From contig JAQGDQ010000042.1 of assembly GCA_030141605.1 (NCBI GenBank), positions 558,001 to 622,000 of the forward strand: a stretch of DNA of 64,000 nt, read 5' to 3'. The notes beneath the pieces are model-generated. The model was not told where the DNA came from, did not search any database, and saw nothing but the letters and a program-made list of their open reading frames with translations. Numbering within the stretch: position 1 is the first letter of the stretch; every line of letters starts with the position of its first letter. Source of the stretch: Tubiluchus corallicola (Eukaryota > Animalia > Priapulida). Shown here piece after piece: positions 62,958 to 64,000 of this stretch. The position numbers and the translations under genes were made by a program.

Positions 62958-63240
62958 AGGCTCACTATAACTAGCGTTTTTAACTAGCTCGTCAAAACGT
63001 CTAACGTACGGCGAGAAAAAAGCTCTTGCAAAAAGCACTGTAACACTGGAGCGATAAAAATGCCAGTGTAAACATTAATTACAGCCAGAAACGATATCGC
63101 TCCTCAAAATGCCACAAAAACACTCGTGAAAACGTCTAATGCTGTAGCGAGAAAAAAGCTCTTGCATTTTCTTGCTACGCCACAAAAACGCCGTTGAATA
63201 TGGGTATCGCAGCATTTTTGCTGCAGGTTTCGTAATGAGC
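62958..63240. repeat. MITE-like relic with internal direct repeat
   Basis: ctcgt.aaaacgtctaa.g....gcgag-aaaaaagctcttgca occurs at ~62988-63030 and ~63123-63167. Confidence 0.5.
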
Positions 63241-64000
63241 ATGTCACTGAACATTGAACAATGTTGTTGTACATAGTTCTAGTGCAACAGTAGGTGTGGC
63301 AATTGACTTTAAATGAAGCTCAGTCTGGCTATTCCGGGTTCAGTTTTAGTGAGTAACTGCATTCTAAACATCTTACCAAACTCTGAGGTATCCTTTTTTA
63401 GTAATTCTGTCACTATCTTCTCCAAGAAACAATAAGATTACGCCAAGCAATCAAGTTACGAGCTGGTTGTCATCTTATTTTGTATTGTCTCTTGTGTGGT
63501 AAGCACTTCACAGCCGTCCGGGCAAAATTTTCACTCAAAATTAGATGACAAGCATTATACTTCATAAAAATACATGCCAGCTAGACATTTAATTACTTTA
63601 TTAATAATAATAATAATAATAATTGTTTAGGAAACAGTTCAGGAATAACATCTAAAATCAACTCAATGATTATTTCCAATGTGGTCCCCATTTATGCTAT
63701 TACCTGCACGGTTGGTCGAAGAACCAGCTGTATAACTTTTTAAGTCTATCGCGCAACGATGTCCGTTTTCACTGAGTGTTTAAAGCGCAGTGATCGAAAA
63801 AGCTTCTAAGCTGCTAGTGAAAACACTGGAGTGTTCTTCATTCATTTTCATATGGAAAGCGATATTCATTTTCACTGAGCATTAAAAATGACGTAATAAA
63901 CGCAGCTTTAAAAACTCTAGTCAAAACAGACCGTTTACTTGTAATTACTGTGACAAATGAGAAACCTGCTTCTTACAGCCTTCCAACTTTCATCATTTGT

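Overview
AT-rich, intron-rich eukaryotic (invertebrate animal, plausibly a marine lophotrochozoan; the species cannot be determined from sequence) genomic window. By reading GT-AG exon chains by hand I recover four conserved housekeeping genes: NCAPH2 (minus strand, runs off the left edge), UQCRH (minus, 2 coding exons, 93 aa), ILRUN/C6orf106 (plus, 5 coding exons, 280 aa) and TYMS (minus, 8 coding exons, 328 aa). A fifth, less conserved minus-strand gene (46195-47400, start exon not found) looks like a secreted 4-cysteine neuropeptide precursor. The rest is dense with transposon relics: non-autonomous DNA elements with verifiable TIRs and TSDs (a 1.3 kb hAT-type element with a nested 96-bp MITE immediately upstream of ILRUN, two TGT...ACA Ginger-like MITEs upstream of UQCRH and TYMS, and a multi-copy hAT MITE family), several decayed LINE fragments, a tRNA-derived SINE, an inverted pair of Penelope-type hammerhead ribozyme motifs, a young 125-bp foldback and long microsatellites. 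Most ORFs in the supplied track are spurious.
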